A DNA stretch of 64,000 bases. Origin: an uncultured Gammaproteobacteria bacterium. Its GTDB lineage: Bacteria > Patescibacteriota > Patescibacteriia > UBA1558 > GWA2-36-10. A program made the translations under genes and the position numbers. The notes below the pieces were generated by a model. The model was not told where the DNA came from. It searched no databases and saw only the letters and a list, made by a program, of their open reading frames with translations. Below are positions 45,641 through 55,703 of this stretch, piece after piece (position 1 is the first letter of the stretch; each line of letters opens with the position of its first letter). The stretch lies in NCBI GenBank assembly GCA_964638415.1, contig CAZWYP010000004.1, forward strand, positions 8,498 through 72,497, given 5' to 3'.

Positions 45641-47860
45641 TTATTTATCGTGTCTATTAAATTTATTCTTAAAGAATGGTTTTCTTTCCCGACGCTCACT
45701 ATGATGTTCTACAAAACCTTCCGGTTTAGGCAATAGTTCCCTAATAGACAAGCTGACACGATTTTTTTCCTTATCAATAGCAACTACTTTAACTTTAACC
45801 ATATCTCCCAGCTTATATTTATCCGTAATCTTATTGACTCGCTCATAAGCTACTTGGGAAATATGCACCATACCGTCTTTGCCGGGCAATAATTCCACAA
45901 TCGCGCCAATTTCTCCGCCGGTATTCTTATCCGTCACGATTTTAATGATCGGACCTTCGTAAATCTCACCAACTTCCAATTCTTTAACGATGTTTTCAAT
46001 CCAAGTTTTAGCCTTAGCCGAGCCTTCAGCACTAGTGGAAGTAATCATTACCAAGCCGCTTTGCTCAATATCAATCTGCACGCCGCATTTATCAATAATC
46101 TCGTTAATAACTTTACCACCAGTACCAATAACTTCCCGGATTTTTTCCGGATCAATCATTAAAGTGGTGATTCGAGGAGCATAAGGAGAAAGATCAGGAC
46201 GTGGTTTAATAATTGTCTTATCCATTACGTCTAAGATTTTATTTCTAGCTTCCCGAGCGCCGGCTAAAGTCTCTCCAACAATCTGGTAGCTAATGCCTCC
46301 TAATTTAATATCTAGCTGAATAGCGGTAATACCCTCTCTGGTGCCGGCAATTTTAAAATCCATATGGCCAGAATGATCTTCAATACCCTGGATATCCGTC
46401 AGTAATTGGTAATTGTTCTTATTGTCATCATCCAAAACCAAACCCATGGCAATACCGGCTACGGCTGCTTTAATCGGCACGCCCGCATCCATTAAAGATA
46501 GACTGGAACCGCAAATTGAAGCTTGGGAAGAAGAGCCATTAGATCCTAGGACTTCTGACACTACGCGAATGGTGTAAGGAAAATCTCCGTTATCTGGCAA
46601 AACTGGCACTAGAGCTTTTTCCGCTAAAGCACCGTGACCGATTTCTCGTCGTCCCGGTCCGCGTAAGGGCTTAACTTCACCAACAGAAAAGCCGGGGAAG
46701 TTGTAGTGATGCATATATTTCTTGGTACCAGCCTCTTCCATGGTGTCTAAAGTCTGTTCGTCTCCTGGCGCGCCCAAAGTAACAATGGATAACACCTGAG
46801 TTTCACCGCGGGCAAACAAACCGCTGCCGTGAGTGCGTGGCAAAACACCAACTTCGGCAGATAACGGACGAATTTCATCAAATTTCCTGCCGTCTGGTCT
46901 AACTTTTTTCTTCAAGACTAAATCTTTAAAAGCTTTTTCTAAAGCAGCGTCAAACATCGCTACACCCATTGCCCGCATATCCTTACTCACTTCATTGTCT
47001 GCCTTTAGCTCTGCATCCAACTGGGCTTTAATCTCTTCAATAGCCGACTTGGTTTGGCTTTTATCTGGATGAAAGCATTTAGTCAAATCCTGATTAGCCA
47101 AAAAATTATCTACCTTGGTCCGCACTGTCTTAAACAACACTTCTTTTTCTTCATCTACTGCTGGTTCATGTTTAGGCGTACCCACTTCTTTAATGATGTC
47201 TAAAATAAAAGGAATGATTTTCTTAATGTGCTTAGCGGCAAAATTAATCGCTTCCAGCATTTCCTGTTCTGGAATCTGTTTGCCTTCTGCTTCAATCATA
47301 ATTGCTTCGTCTTGCGAACCAGCTAGCAATAAATCAAAATCGCTTTTAACAGCCGCTTCCACCGTGGGGTTCAAAACCAACTCTCCATTAATGCGTCCGA
47401 CTTTAACTGCTGCTAAAGGACCAGACCAAGGAATTGGAGAAATGCCTAAGGCAATGGAAGAAGCAATTAGAGAAGGAACATCCGGATTATTGACTCCGTC
47501 ATAAGACAGAACCGTTACTACCACCTGCACATCATTTCTTTCCGCTTCCCTAAATAAAGGACGGATAGAACGGTCAATTAAACGAGCAGTTAAAATTGCT
47601 TCGTCGGTTGCCCGTCCTTCGCGCTTAATAAACCTAGAGCCTTTAATCTTGCCAGCGGCATATAAACGCTCTTCATAATCTACCATCAAAGGAAAAAAGT
47701 CTACTCCTTCTCTGGGCGCCGGCGACTCTACAGCGGTTGCTAAAACCACCGTTTCGCCATAAGCAACGGTGCAGGAACCATGAGCTTGCTTGGCCAATTT
47801 CCCGATTTCTACGGTCAAAGGCCGTCCCGCTAACTCAGTACTGAATTTTTTTGTTGACAT
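45641..47860 (-). CDS. pnp: Polyribonucleotide nucleotidyltransferase (PNPase)
   Basis: Two RNase PH domains, KH (GPGGKVINEI) and C-terminal S1 domain. Confidence 0.9.
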   Translation of the reverse strand: MSTKKFSTELAGRPLTVEIGKLAKQAHGSCTVAYGETVVLATAVESPAPREGVDFFPLMVDYEERLYAAGKIKGSRFIKREGRATDEAILTARLIDRSIRPLFREAERNDVQVVVTVLSYDGVNNPDVPSLIASSIALGISPIPWSGPLAAVKVGRINGELVLNPTVEAAVKSDFDLLLAGSQDEAIMIEAEGKQIPEQEMLEAINFAAKHIKKIIPFILDIIKEVGTPKHEPAVDEEKEVLFKTVRTKVDNFLANQDLTKCFHPDKSQTKSAIEEIKAQLDAELKADNEVSKDMRAMGVAMFDAALEKAFKDLVLKKKVRPDGRKFDEIRPLSAEVGVLPRTHGSGLFARGETQVLSIVTLGAPGDEQTLDTMEEAGTKKYMHHYNFPGFSVGEVKPLRGPGRREIGHGALAEKALVPVLPDNGDFPYTIRVVSEVLGSNGSSSQASICGSSLSLMDAGVPIKAAVAGIAMGLVLDDDNKNNYQLLTDIQGIEDHSGHMDFKIAGTREGITAIQLDIKLGGISYQIVGETLAGAREARNKILDVMDKTIIKPRPDLSPYAPRITTLMIDPEKIREVIGTGGKVINEIIDKCGVQIDIEQSGLVMITSTSAEGSAKAKTWIENIVKELEVGEIYEGPIIKIVTDKNTGGEIGAIVELLPGKDGMVHISQVAYERVNKITDKYKLGDMVKVKVVAIDKEKNRVSLSIRELLPKPEGFVEHHSERRERKPFFKNKFNRHDK

Positions 47861-47990
47861 ATTTTTCTTGAGCCGAATTTACTGCGGCTGAAAGCAGGCT
47901 CTAGACTTTTAATTAAGGTTTTGCTTAACCAAAGCCTAACGGTCTGCCTTCAACGGAAATAATCGGCAATTACTTATTAATTAACGATAA

Positions 47991-48023
47991 CAGCCCTACT
48001 GCCTTAAAGCGGCCGCAGGGCTG
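47991..48023 (-). terminator. rpsO-pnp intergenic hairpin (terminator/attenuator or RNase III processing stem)
   Basis: CAGCCCT...GCGGCCGC...AGGGCTG, 8 nt after the rpsO stop. Confidence 0.35.
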
Positions 48024-48031
48024 ATTAATCT

Positions 48032-48391
48032 TTATTCAATCTCTTCTTCTATTTCTTCCTCTTCGCTTTCTTCAGCTGGCTCCGGCTCGGTCAAATACTC
48101 GTCCAGATTTTTGCGCTGCTTCTTAGGAAACTTCAGCTTCAAGGCTTTAATTAATTTGTTAAAAGCCTTTTCATCTTCTCGCTCCAAATAGGTAAGCAAT
48201 TTGTGGCGCAAAGCTACTTTCGCCAATAAGCCACGGCGGGAAGAAAAATCTTTTTTGTTCTCCTTCAAGTGTTTGGTAAGCTCTTTGATCTCTTCGGTCA
48301 AAATTGCTACCTGCACTTCAGTGGAACCGGTATCATTTTTATGAGTCTGGAACTTCTCAATGATCCGCTGTTTCTTTTTCTTGTCTAACAT
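48032..48391 (-). CDS. rpsO: 30S ribosomal protein S15 (with acidic C-terminal extension)
   Basis: NDTGSTEVQVAILTEEIKELTKHLKENKKDFSSRRGLL. ATG 48391 is preceded by AAGGA. The track start at 48427 is too long. Confidence 0.85.
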   Translation of the reverse strand: MLDKKKKQRIIEKFQTHKNDTGSTEVQVAILTEEIKELTKHLKENKKDFSSRRGLLAKVALRHKLLTYLEREDEKAFNKLIKALKLKFPKKQRKNLDEYLTEPEPAEESEEEEIEEEIE

Positions 48392-48540
48392 ATTTTCCCT
48401 TTGTCCTTTAGCCGAGCTCAACCTCAAAGTTAGACTCTGTCAGGTTAAACCAAGTTAAAGGCAGTTAATAATAAAGTAGGTTAAAACTAACACTTTTAAG
48501 GAAAAAAGTCAAGATTGATAATCTATGCTAAAATATATAC

Positions 48541-49323
48541 ATGGCTAATCTAATCAACTACCAAAATTACCTAAAGCAGCAGAAGCTTAAACCAGGGACA
48601 ATAAGAATATACCTCTGGCATTTAAGCCACTTTTTAAATTGGTTAGATAGTAAAAAACTGCAACCAGATATTTTAAAAGAATACTATAATTTCCTGCTTA
48701 AGCGCTATAAAAAAATTGCCAGTATCAATTTACGCTTGGTAATTATTAATAGCTACTTGCAATTTAATAAAAACAAATTCCAATTTACCCTACTCTCTCC
48801 AGAAAAATCAAATATTAAAGTATTAAACAAAAAACAATTAATGGATTTTCTAGACTTACCGACTAAAACTAATAACCTTTTGCATCTGCGGGATAAAATA
48901 ATCCTGGAATTACTTTACCAGCTTGGCGCTAAACCCGGCGAGTTAATCAGTATCTTGCGCCAAGACATCAATCTTGCTAAAAACCAGATATCCTGGGAAA
49001 AGAAAAAAATATCTCTGCCAGAAACTACTAAATTCTACCTGGCAAAATATTTAAACAAGAGAATAGACTCTTCTCCTTGGCTATTAATTAATTTAGACCG
49101 GGCCAATAGATACAACGAGCAGCCTTTAACTATTCGCTCAATAGAAAGAATCGTAGAAAAATACGCTAGACAGTTAGAACCAATCCTTAATATCACTCCA
49201 CAAACCCTGCGCCATACTCGCGCTTATCATTTGAAACATGACGGTGGCACTGCTGCCACTATCCAAACGGAACTGCAATTTAAAACCAAGGCTGCAGCGG
49301 AAAATTATTATAAAAAACTATAA
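48541..49323 (+). CDS. Tyrosine recombinase (XerC/XerD-like / phage-integrase family)
   Basis: N-terminal core-binding domain. LRHTRAYHL (HxxR) and C-terminal Y in AENYYKKL. Confidence 0.7.
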   Translation: MANLINYQNYLKQQKLKPGTIRIYLWHLSHFLNWLDSKKLQPDILKEYYNFLLKRYKKIASINLRLVIINSYLQFNKNKFQFTLLSPEKSNIKVLNKKQLMDFLDLPTKTNNLLHLRDKIILELLYQLGAKPGELISILRQDINLAKNQISWEKKKISLPETTKFYLAKYLNKRIDSSPWLLINLDRANRYNEQPLTIRSIERIVEKYARQLEPILNITPQTLRHTRAYHLKHDGGTAATIQTELQFKTKAAAENYYKKL

Positions 49324-49362
49324 AAAACCCCAGACACAATCCATGTATCTGGGGCTCTATTT
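49321..49362. terminator. Bidirectional terminator between convergent xer-like and prs-like genes
   Basis: TAAAAAA-CCCCAGA-loop-TCTGGGG-CTCTATTT. Confidence 0.5.
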
Positions 49363-50420
49363 CATTCCATGTCGGTGATCATTTGGAAAAGGGTTTCGGC
49401 AATAGCCGGGGACAAATCGACGGTCAATACTTCGCCGCCGGTGGATTTTTCATAACCGCGGTAACCGGTATTGCCAAAAAGAATCCGGTCAAATAACCCG
49501 CTATCCACTAAAACGCGCTTCCAGCCCGGCACGCAAACTGGGTGGGAAAAACAGCCGAACAACTGATGAACTCCTAATTCTGTTTTCAGCCTGGCAGCTG
49601 TCTTAGTCGCCGTATTACCGGTAGTAATCTCATCGTCTCTGGTACAGACATCTGCCTGTCGCAAGCTATCGTCGGCTAAAAACAGCAAATCACCATACTC
49701 TTGCTGCAGTTTCTCCCAAACAGTCTGATCTTCAACCATTGTGATTTCACCGCTATGCGCCCGACTCTTAAACGATACAGCTACCTTTACCCCTAAAGCC
49801 TTACCTAGGGCCGTAGCTCGGGCTACGGAACCGCCGTCGGGAGCAAAAACAAAAAATTGCCGCTGCTCCCGATGCGCATTAGCCACAAACGGCCTCAACT
49901 GAGCAGCAAACAAAGCGGTCGGGTCAGCGTTCCAAACTGGCAAGCCAATTTGCTCGCAATTCCTGATCGTCTGCTGCGAATGGATATCGCAGAGAATTAA
50001 ACGATCTGCTCCGGCAAATTTCAGCATCTGCAAAAACATCAAATTGCGATGAATCTCCTCCTCTTTTTCCGGATGATCCTGACGCCGGTAAAGCATGAAG
50101 GGAACTACCGCTGTCACTGATTTGGCATGATACTGCTGCTTAAGCGCCCAGATCATCTGCAAGAACTCCCAGCCATAATGCTCGCCAGAATGCTCAGTGT
50201 CGGTTAGCATACTCTGGAAGCAGATAACATGGCGGCCTGGCAACTTTTTGCGCCAGCCAAGAAAACGGAAATCCGACTCCTGATCGGGGAAGATGTCAAT
50301 GTTCAAATGGCTAAAACCTAGCTTGGTATTTAACAAGCCATTTAAAGCACTAATAATCCCCCGGTCCAAATCATGATGACCGTTGCCGCCGACAATGATT
50401 AACTGCGCGGGATCCAACAT
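49362..50420 (-). CDS. Ribose-phosphate pyrophosphokinase (PRPP synthetase) family protein, divergent
   Basis: KSVTAVVPFMLYRRQD (like ITAVIPYFGYARQDRK), VFAPDGGSVARATALGKAL and DDEITTGNTA (PRPP-binding-loop-like). About 50% GC, richer than flanks. Confidence 0.55.
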   Translation of the reverse strand: MLDPAQLIIVGGNGHHDLDRGIISALNGLLNTKLGFSHLNIDIFPDQESDFRFLGWRKKLPGRHVICFQSMLTDTEHSGEHYGWEFLQMIWALKQQYHAKSVTAVVPFMLYRRQDHPEKEEEIHRNLMFLQMLKFAGADRLILCDIHSQQTIRNCEQIGLPVWNADPTALFAAQLRPFVANAHREQRQFFVFAPDGGSVARATALGKALGVKVAVSFKSRAHSGEITMVEDQTVWEKLQQEYGDLLFLADDSLRQADVCTRDDEITTGNTATKTAARLKTELGVHQLFGCFSHPVCVPGWKRVLVDSGLFDRILFGNTGYRGYEKSTGGEVLTVDLSPAIAETLFQMITDME

Positions 50421-50561
50421 GGCTGACCTTCCTTTCCCAAAGATAATGTAAAGAACCTGCTTTTGTTTCCAGTTTAAGCTGGTCTTGCCTGCTTGTCAAA
50501 TATAAAAATAAAAAACCATTTCTAGTGGTTTTTTAATATGCAATATGGCTAATATTAATAA

Positions 50562-50957
50562 TTATTGCTGGCTGCTATAGATACTATTATTGTCATTGGC
50601 TGGTAAATTAACATCGGGATTAACACCTTGGGAGTTATCATCTATTGCTCCGCTGCTATTGTCGGCACTATATATACTGTCACTAGCTACTGAATTATTA
50701 TTAACATCGTCTGGATTGGGGTTTTCCTTTGGCTCTTCTGCTAATACCTCCTCCTTTAACTGATAAATAGATCCCTGATTTTCTGCCTGACTTTCGGAAT
50801 TTAGATTCTGCTGATCAGCCTGATTATCATCTCCATTTTTATTCTTATTGCTCTGGTATAAAACCAGACCAATAACTAAGACCAAAACCATACTGACCAC
50901 TAAAAAAATATTTCTCTTAAACATATTATTATACATTTTACTAAATAATTGTAGCAT
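50562..50957 (-). CDS. Small N-terminally anchored low-complexity (N/Q/S/D-rich) protein
   Basis: ORF with one TM and a compositionally biased tail. Weak call. Confidence 0.35.
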   Translation of the reverse strand: MLQLFSKMYNNMFKRNIFLVVSMVLVLVIGLVLYQSNKNKNGDDNQADQQNLNSESQAENQGSIYQLKEEVLAEEPKENPNPDDVNNNSVASDSIYSADNSSGAIDDNSQGVNPDVNLPANDNNSIYSSQQ

Positions 50958-50991
50958 GAAGAAATCAATAAAAAAAGCCCCGCTGAAAATA

Positions 50992-51816
50992 TCAGCAGGG
51001 CAACAAAGGCAGTCTCTCTCGCAACTTCAATACGGTATCCCGAACTCTCTGGCCAATGATTTGGCGCTTGGCTTTTTCCGGTAAAGCGCCATTGGCTTGA
51101 TGAACATCTTGGAAATCAATTGGCTCGCCAATCACCACCCAGACTTTTTGTCCGGACTTAATGTTGTTCCAAGAAAAATCCTGGTGCAGATTATCATCAC
51201 GGATTGGCATAACCTTGGAAACATCATGCAGTAGTATTGGCACAACTTTCTCTGGCTGCACATTAGCAATAACATCGCCAACGCCGCTGACACATTCACC
51301 AATTTCTCCAGTTCTACTACGCGTGCCTTCAAAAAACAGCAGCAAGCTGCTTTGCTGCAAAGCATTTCGTAAATTTTCTTTCTGTCGGTTAATAACTTCC
51401 CTTTCAAGCGTTTTCCTCTTAATGGGAATGTTCTTCAGCAGGCTGAAAACATGGCGAAATAGCGGCCGACTAAGGTAATTCTTGGCATCCGGCGCATTCC
51501 AAGGAATACGCGAAGGATATAAGACCGCTTCCCAGAAATCAATAACAGTCAATCCTACTAGGAAACTGTCAATTAGTGTCTGGTGGTTGGACAAATACAA
51601 CACCCGTGATGAATGCGGTAAATTTTCCTTGCCCACAACAGTGAGGCGATTGCGCAACTTAAAGGTATAACCGGCCCAGAGCCAAGCTACTACCAAAAAA
51701 ATACGTTGCAGAATTTGATGAATTAGCTGGAATTGCAAAAACCAGCCAACTATTGCATCAGCTGACAGCAATAACTGCCGTCGCCAACTTTTGCGACCGA
51801 ATTTTGCTTCTTCCAT
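50992..51816 (-). CDS. plsC: 1-acyl-sn-glycerol-3-phosphate acyltransferase (PlsC/LPLAT family)
   Basis: NHQTLID (HX4D) and FFEGTRSRTG motifs. Confidence 0.75.
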   Translation of the reverse strand: MEEAKFGRKSWRRQLLLSADAIVGWFLQFQLIHQILQRIFLVVAWLWAGYTFKLRNRLTVVGKENLPHSSRVLYLSNHQTLIDSFLVGLTVIDFWEAVLYPSRIPWNAPDAKNYLSRPLFRHVFSLLKNIPIKRKTLEREVINRQKENLRNALQQSSLLLFFEGTRSRTGEIGECVSGVGDVIANVQPEKVVPILLHDVSKVMPIRDDNLHQDFSWNNIKSGQKVWVVIGEPIDFQDVHQANGALPEKAKRQIIGQRVRDTVLKLRERLPLLPC

Positions 51817-51867
51817 GACTGCTCCTTAAATTGATAAAATGAACTTTTTTCTAAAAAATAAGGATAC

Positions 51868-51895
51868 AAAAAAATACCGATTTTGTCAACCGGTA
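51868..51895 (-). terminator. Intrinsic terminator at the end of the pilin-LamG operon
   Basis: TACCG-loop-CGGTA followed by T7 on the minus strand. Confidence 0.45.
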
Positions 51896-51904
51896 CCTTC
51901 TAAT

Positions 51905-52345
51905 CTACTCTACGGTAATTAAGCTAGCTTGGCAGATTCCCTGATCGGAATTAATTTCTTCTTCTCCGGTTAATAAATTCTTACGGTATTCAATACTGCA
52001 CTGAGCGGTCTGTAAAACCAGGACTCCGGTATCCAGATAATAAAACTTAGCAATAGTATCTTGGCATAATCTTAATTTGGCAATTTTTTTTCCAGCTGGG
52101 TATTCGTTTTCAAAGACATAAACTAATTGGCAATCTCCATCGGGATAAGTTTTGTAAGCATATAAGGTATCGTCAGTAATGCGGTCTGGCTTACGCCAAA
52201 CAATGTAATCCTTCTTATTAACCACCACCTCGACTTCATTCTCACCATAACTGCGGGTTAAAGTAACTATTTTTTGTTTGGGCCAAAAATACCAAATCCC
52301 AGCGACGATGATTAAAACAACAATAATACTTAATATAATCTTCAT
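51905..52345 (-). CDS. Small membrane-anchored protein, 4th gene of the pilin-LamG operon
   Basis: Probable start MKIILSIIVVLIIVAGIWYF at 52345, 1 nt after the upstream stop. The track start is too long. Four Cys in the soluble part. Confidence 0.4.
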   Translation of the reverse strand: MKIILSIIVVLIIVAGIWYFWPKQKIVTLTRSYGENEVEVVVNKKDYIVWRKPDRITDDTLYAYKTYPDGDCQLVYVFENEYPAGKKIAKLRLCQDTIAKFYYLDTGVLVLQTAQCSIEYRKNLLTGEEEINSDQGICQASLITVE

Positions 52346-52346
52346 T

Positions 52347-53438
52347 TTATTTCTGCAAATTATAAAGATAAGCAGCTTCAGCTTGAGACAAAGCTCTGTT
52401 CCATAAGGATACTTCATCAAGATTACCTATTATCCCTTCCCCTAGTCCTGAAGTATTGCCAATATATAAAGCATCGGAAGCGGAAATAGTTATGGCTATA
52501 CTACCACTATACTCTTCTACTCCATCTACATAAAGCTTGAGAGTAGTGCCATTATATGTCCAGACATAATAATGCCATTCATTGGGGTCAGCATCATAAG
52601 TAGTGTCTATCCAAGCGCCATAATAAAAATATATACTGACATTATCCGCGGCACCATAACTGTTAGCTACCGCTGTTTCAAAATGATTACCAGTTCTACT
52701 CGTAATCCTCGGCACCGAACCTACTGTCTGATCACTGCTATTCTTAAACCAATATCCCAAAGAAAAATTACTGGGATTAATAGTAGCGCTGGCTCCCACA
52801 GTAATTAAACCATTATTAAAAAATCCACCATAAGCGCCCAACTTGGCATCTGGTGTGGTGCTGGCTGTACCAGACTTTACGCCATGCTGTGAGTTTTCCC
52901 AATCTTTGACTTCTCCCGCCGCTCCGCTCCAAGCGCTTTCATCAAAATGCCACAAGGAAACCAAACCATTATTAATATCCAAACTATTAGCATAAGTGCT
53001 GCAGGGCGCCACCGTTATCTCTTGTGGATGACGAATTAGATAATAATAATCCCCTTCCGGATCAGTGGGTAAAGAAGCTAAATAATTGGGCACTAGGCTC
53101 AAAGCCACCGTACTGGTAACAGTGCCTAGTAAGTCGTCACAATCAATGGTTCCTGGTGCTGACGCTCCTGCTGGTCTAATACCATAAGGTGTGGACGTTG
53201 CTAAAGCAGATATTTCTGTCGGCCAACTTTGATTATCTAAAACATATTCATTAATCGCCTGCTTAATAATAGACGCATCATTAAGCCGACGAGCATCTTT
53301 GGTATCTCCTAATTTTTTAGCTGGATCAATCACCACCCAGACAAAAGCTGCTAGTAAACTAATTACCACTATAGTTAGGGTAATTTCAATTAAAGTAAAT
53401 CCCTGATGTTTCAAAGAAAAAATTTTCATGCTAATCAC
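52347..53438 (-). CDS. Type IV pilin-like protein fused to a LamG/concanavalin-A-like lectin domain
   Basis: Prepilin leader ...KHQG then FTLIEITLTIVV (E+5). C-terminal LamG_3-like GLVSLWHFDES...LKLYVDGVEEYSG...DEVSLWNRALSQAE. Confidence 0.7.
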   Translation of the reverse strand: MISMKIFSLKHQGFTLIEITLTIVVISLLAAFVWVVIDPAKKLGDTKDARRLNDASIIKQAINEYVLDNQSWPTEISALATSTPYGIRPAGASAPGTIDCDDLLGTVTSTVALSLVPNYLASLPTDPEGDYYYLIRHPQEITVAPCSTYANSLDINNGLVSLWHFDESAWSGAAGEVKDWENSQHGVKSGTASTTPDAKLGAYGGFFNNGLITVGASATINPSNFSLGYWFKNSSDQTVGSVPRITSRTGNHFETAVANSYGAADNVSIYFYYGAWIDTTYDADPNEWHYYVWTYNGTTLKLYVDGVEEYSGSIAITISASDALYIGNTSGLGEGIIGNLDEVSLWNRALSQAEAAYLYNLQK

Positions 53439-54526
53439 AATTCCAAATTATATATTGCTTTAATTTCTGCATCAGACAAAGCTCTGCTCCAAATAGAAAA
53501 TTCATCAATCTGACCCTGAAATTTTCTGGTATTTTTATCTATTTCATTACCTAAAACAATATAGGTTGGGGAAGTATTCCAGGCATAACTATTAGTAGAA
53601 GCTTGCATTACGCCATCAATATAAAACTTAGTCGTAGGCGGACTATAAGTGAGGGCAAAATGATGCCAGTTCTCCCGATAATTAGCAGTAGCTACCCCGG
53701 TGCCCCAGTCATAACCACCTCCCCAGCCATAAACAATAAAATTAGCACTATTAAACGCCATCTGGAAATTCTGGCCGTTAACTATATTGCCAAAACCGCC
53801 AATTACACAAGAGGTACTAGCACAAGCACTGGAGGCCTTAGCCCAAGCCATTATGGTTTTAGCCACATCGCCTGATGGCAAGCCTGTTGGTGAATTTTTG
53901 TAAATATATGCATCGCCAGACACATTAAAATCGCCGGAATAGTCTCCTATCTTAGGATCTGTATTAGTTGGAACGGGACTATTGGTAGCAGCTAAATTAT
54001 TAGTACCAAGAGCGTCTACAACCGTTCCCCATGAGCTTTCATCCATATGCCATAAAGCTACTAAACCGTTATCAAAATCATAATCCCCAAAGCAAGAGCC
54101 TACTCTAATTTCCGATCCCTTGCGCATCACATAATATCCGCTGCCCTCGTCTCCCGGATCAGAAACACTGTCATGAACCGGCACGGTAGCTAAATAACCG
54201 GGAATTAAACTGCTAATAGTGGTGGTATTAATATCTCCCACTACTTGATTGCAATCCATAGGAGAATTATAAGTGCCAGCACCATTAACTATTAAATAAG
54301 GCTGATTATTACTCAAAGCCAAAATCTCCGGCGCTTGATTCTTATTATCTAAAGCATAGTGCTCAAAAGCCTGATCTAAGGCTTTTAAATTATTATCTTG
54401 TCTGGAAGTATTGATTAAATTAAATATTTCGCTAGGGTTAAGCGCTGCCCAAACAATACCGGCTAGAATACCGATAATCATTATCATTAAAACTACTTCC
54501 ACTAAAGTAAATCCTTTTTTCATCAT
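53435..54526 (-). CDS. Type IV pilin-like protein fused to a LamG/concanavalin-A-like lectin domain
   Basis: MMKKG then FTLVEVVLMI (E+5). GLVALWHMDESSW...KFYIDGVMQ...DEFSIWSRALSDAE. 4-nt overlap (ATGA) with the previous gene. Confidence 0.7.
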   Translation of the reverse strand: MMKKGFTLVEVVLMIMIIGILAGIVWAALNPSEIFNLINTSRQDNNLKALDQAFEHYALDNKNQAPEILALSNNQPYLIVNGAGTYNSPMDCNQVVGDINTTTISSLIPGYLATVPVHDSVSDPGDEGSGYYVMRKGSEIRVGSCFGDYDFDNGLVALWHMDESSWGTVVDALGTNNLAATNSPVPTNTDPKIGDYSGDFNVSGDAYIYKNSPTGLPSGDVAKTIMAWAKASSACASTSCVIGGFGNIVNGQNFQMAFNSANFIVYGWGGGYDWGTGVATANYRENWHHFALTYSPPTTKFYIDGVMQASTNSYAWNTSPTYIVLGNEIDKNTRKFQGQIDEFSIWSRALSDAEIKAIYNLEL

Positions 54527-55671
54527 GGTTTTAAAAATGAATTAGCCTGCAAATTATAAACTGTGGCAATTTCATTATCAGATAAGACGCGATTCCAAAT
54601 AGCCAGCTCATCCAAACCGCCATTCCATTGCCAGCTGGCGTGGCCCCAATAAATGCCGATTTCCCCCGAGCCACTGGTTACGCTATGCAAGGCTAAAGCT
54701 GGCACGCAATTACCGTAATCTGCGCAGCCGGTATCGGTCCTAGTTACTTTCAAAACACCATTAACATAAAACTTAACTACTCCCGGCTGGAAAGTAGCTG
54801 CTACATGCTGCCATTGGTTAGTGGTTAACCCGACATTAGAAGAACATTGAACATAACGATCGCCGGCACCATCGCCAACACCTCTTTTTAAATATAAACC
54901 TAAAGCGGTGTTATTAGTATAAAGCTCCCAGGCATAACCGCGACCCATTACTACCATGCGAGTAGTCACCGCCGGGTAAATCCAGCCAGCCATAGTAAAA
55001 GCGGAAGTTAAATTAAGGCTGGCATCATAAGGGAATGATACATATTTAGTTGTGCCGTTACCAGAATAGGCTTTACTACCTACTTTAAAATTGGCACTGC
55101 TATTAGTCACACCGCCAACTGCCTGTCCGTCATTATGATAATTAGTCCAATCTTTAACTTCATCAACCGTGCCATTCCATGAACTTTCATCGAATTTCCA
55201 ATGCGCCACTAAGCCGTTATTTAAATCATACTGCTGGTAACAAGAACCGGTATACACTACATCATTAATCGTGGCTAAATAATACCCGCTGCCGTAAGTA
55301 GCAAGATCACTAACTGAAGGATCAGTCGGCAAAGCAGATAAATTAGCACTAAAGTCACTAATGGTAGTAGTACTTAAATAACCTAGAATACTATTGCAAG
55401 ACACTAAGTTAGTATAAGAGCTGCCATCTGGAACCAAAACATAGGCCTGACGATTAGTTAAGTTATCTACGGAAGTAGGTAGGCCTTTATTAATAAACGC
55501 ATAACGGTTAATTGCTTCTTTGATGCTGTCTGCTTGCACTAATCTTTTGGCGGCATTCAAATCCGCTAATCTTTCTGCCGGATTAATCGCCAGATAGGCA
55601 AAAGTAGCCAGAACGCCAATCAGGGCAACAGCCACCATTAAAGCAATTAAATTAAATCCTCCTTTTGACAT
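54523..55671 (-). CDS. Type IV pilin-like protein fused to a LamG/concanavalin-A-like lectin domain (lacks Glu+5)
   Basis: MSKGG then FNLIALMVAVALIG (Ala at +5). GLVAHWKFDESSW...KFYVNGVLK...DELAIWNRVLSDNE. 4-nt overlap with the next gene. Confidence 0.65.
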   Translation of the reverse strand: MSKGGFNLIALMVAVALIGVLATFAYLAINPAERLADLNAAKRLVQADSIKEAINRYAFINKGLPTSVDNLTNRQAYVLVPDGSSYTNLVSCNSILGYLSTTTISDFSANLSALPTDPSVSDLATYGSGYYLATINDVVYTGSCYQQYDLNNGLVAHWKFDESSWNGTVDEVKDWTNYHNDGQAVGGVTNSSANFKVGSKAYSGNGTTKYVSFPYDASLNLTSAFTMAGWIYPAVTTRMVVMGRGYAWELYTNNTALGLYLKRGVGDGAGDRYVQCSSNVGLTTNQWQHVAATFQPGVVKFYVNGVLKVTRTDTGCADYGNCVPALALHSVTSGSGEIGIYWGHASWQWNGGLDELAIWNRVLSDNEIATVYNLQANSFLKP

Positions 55672-55703
55672 AACTATATTATAATATTATTTCTAATTTT
55701 TAG

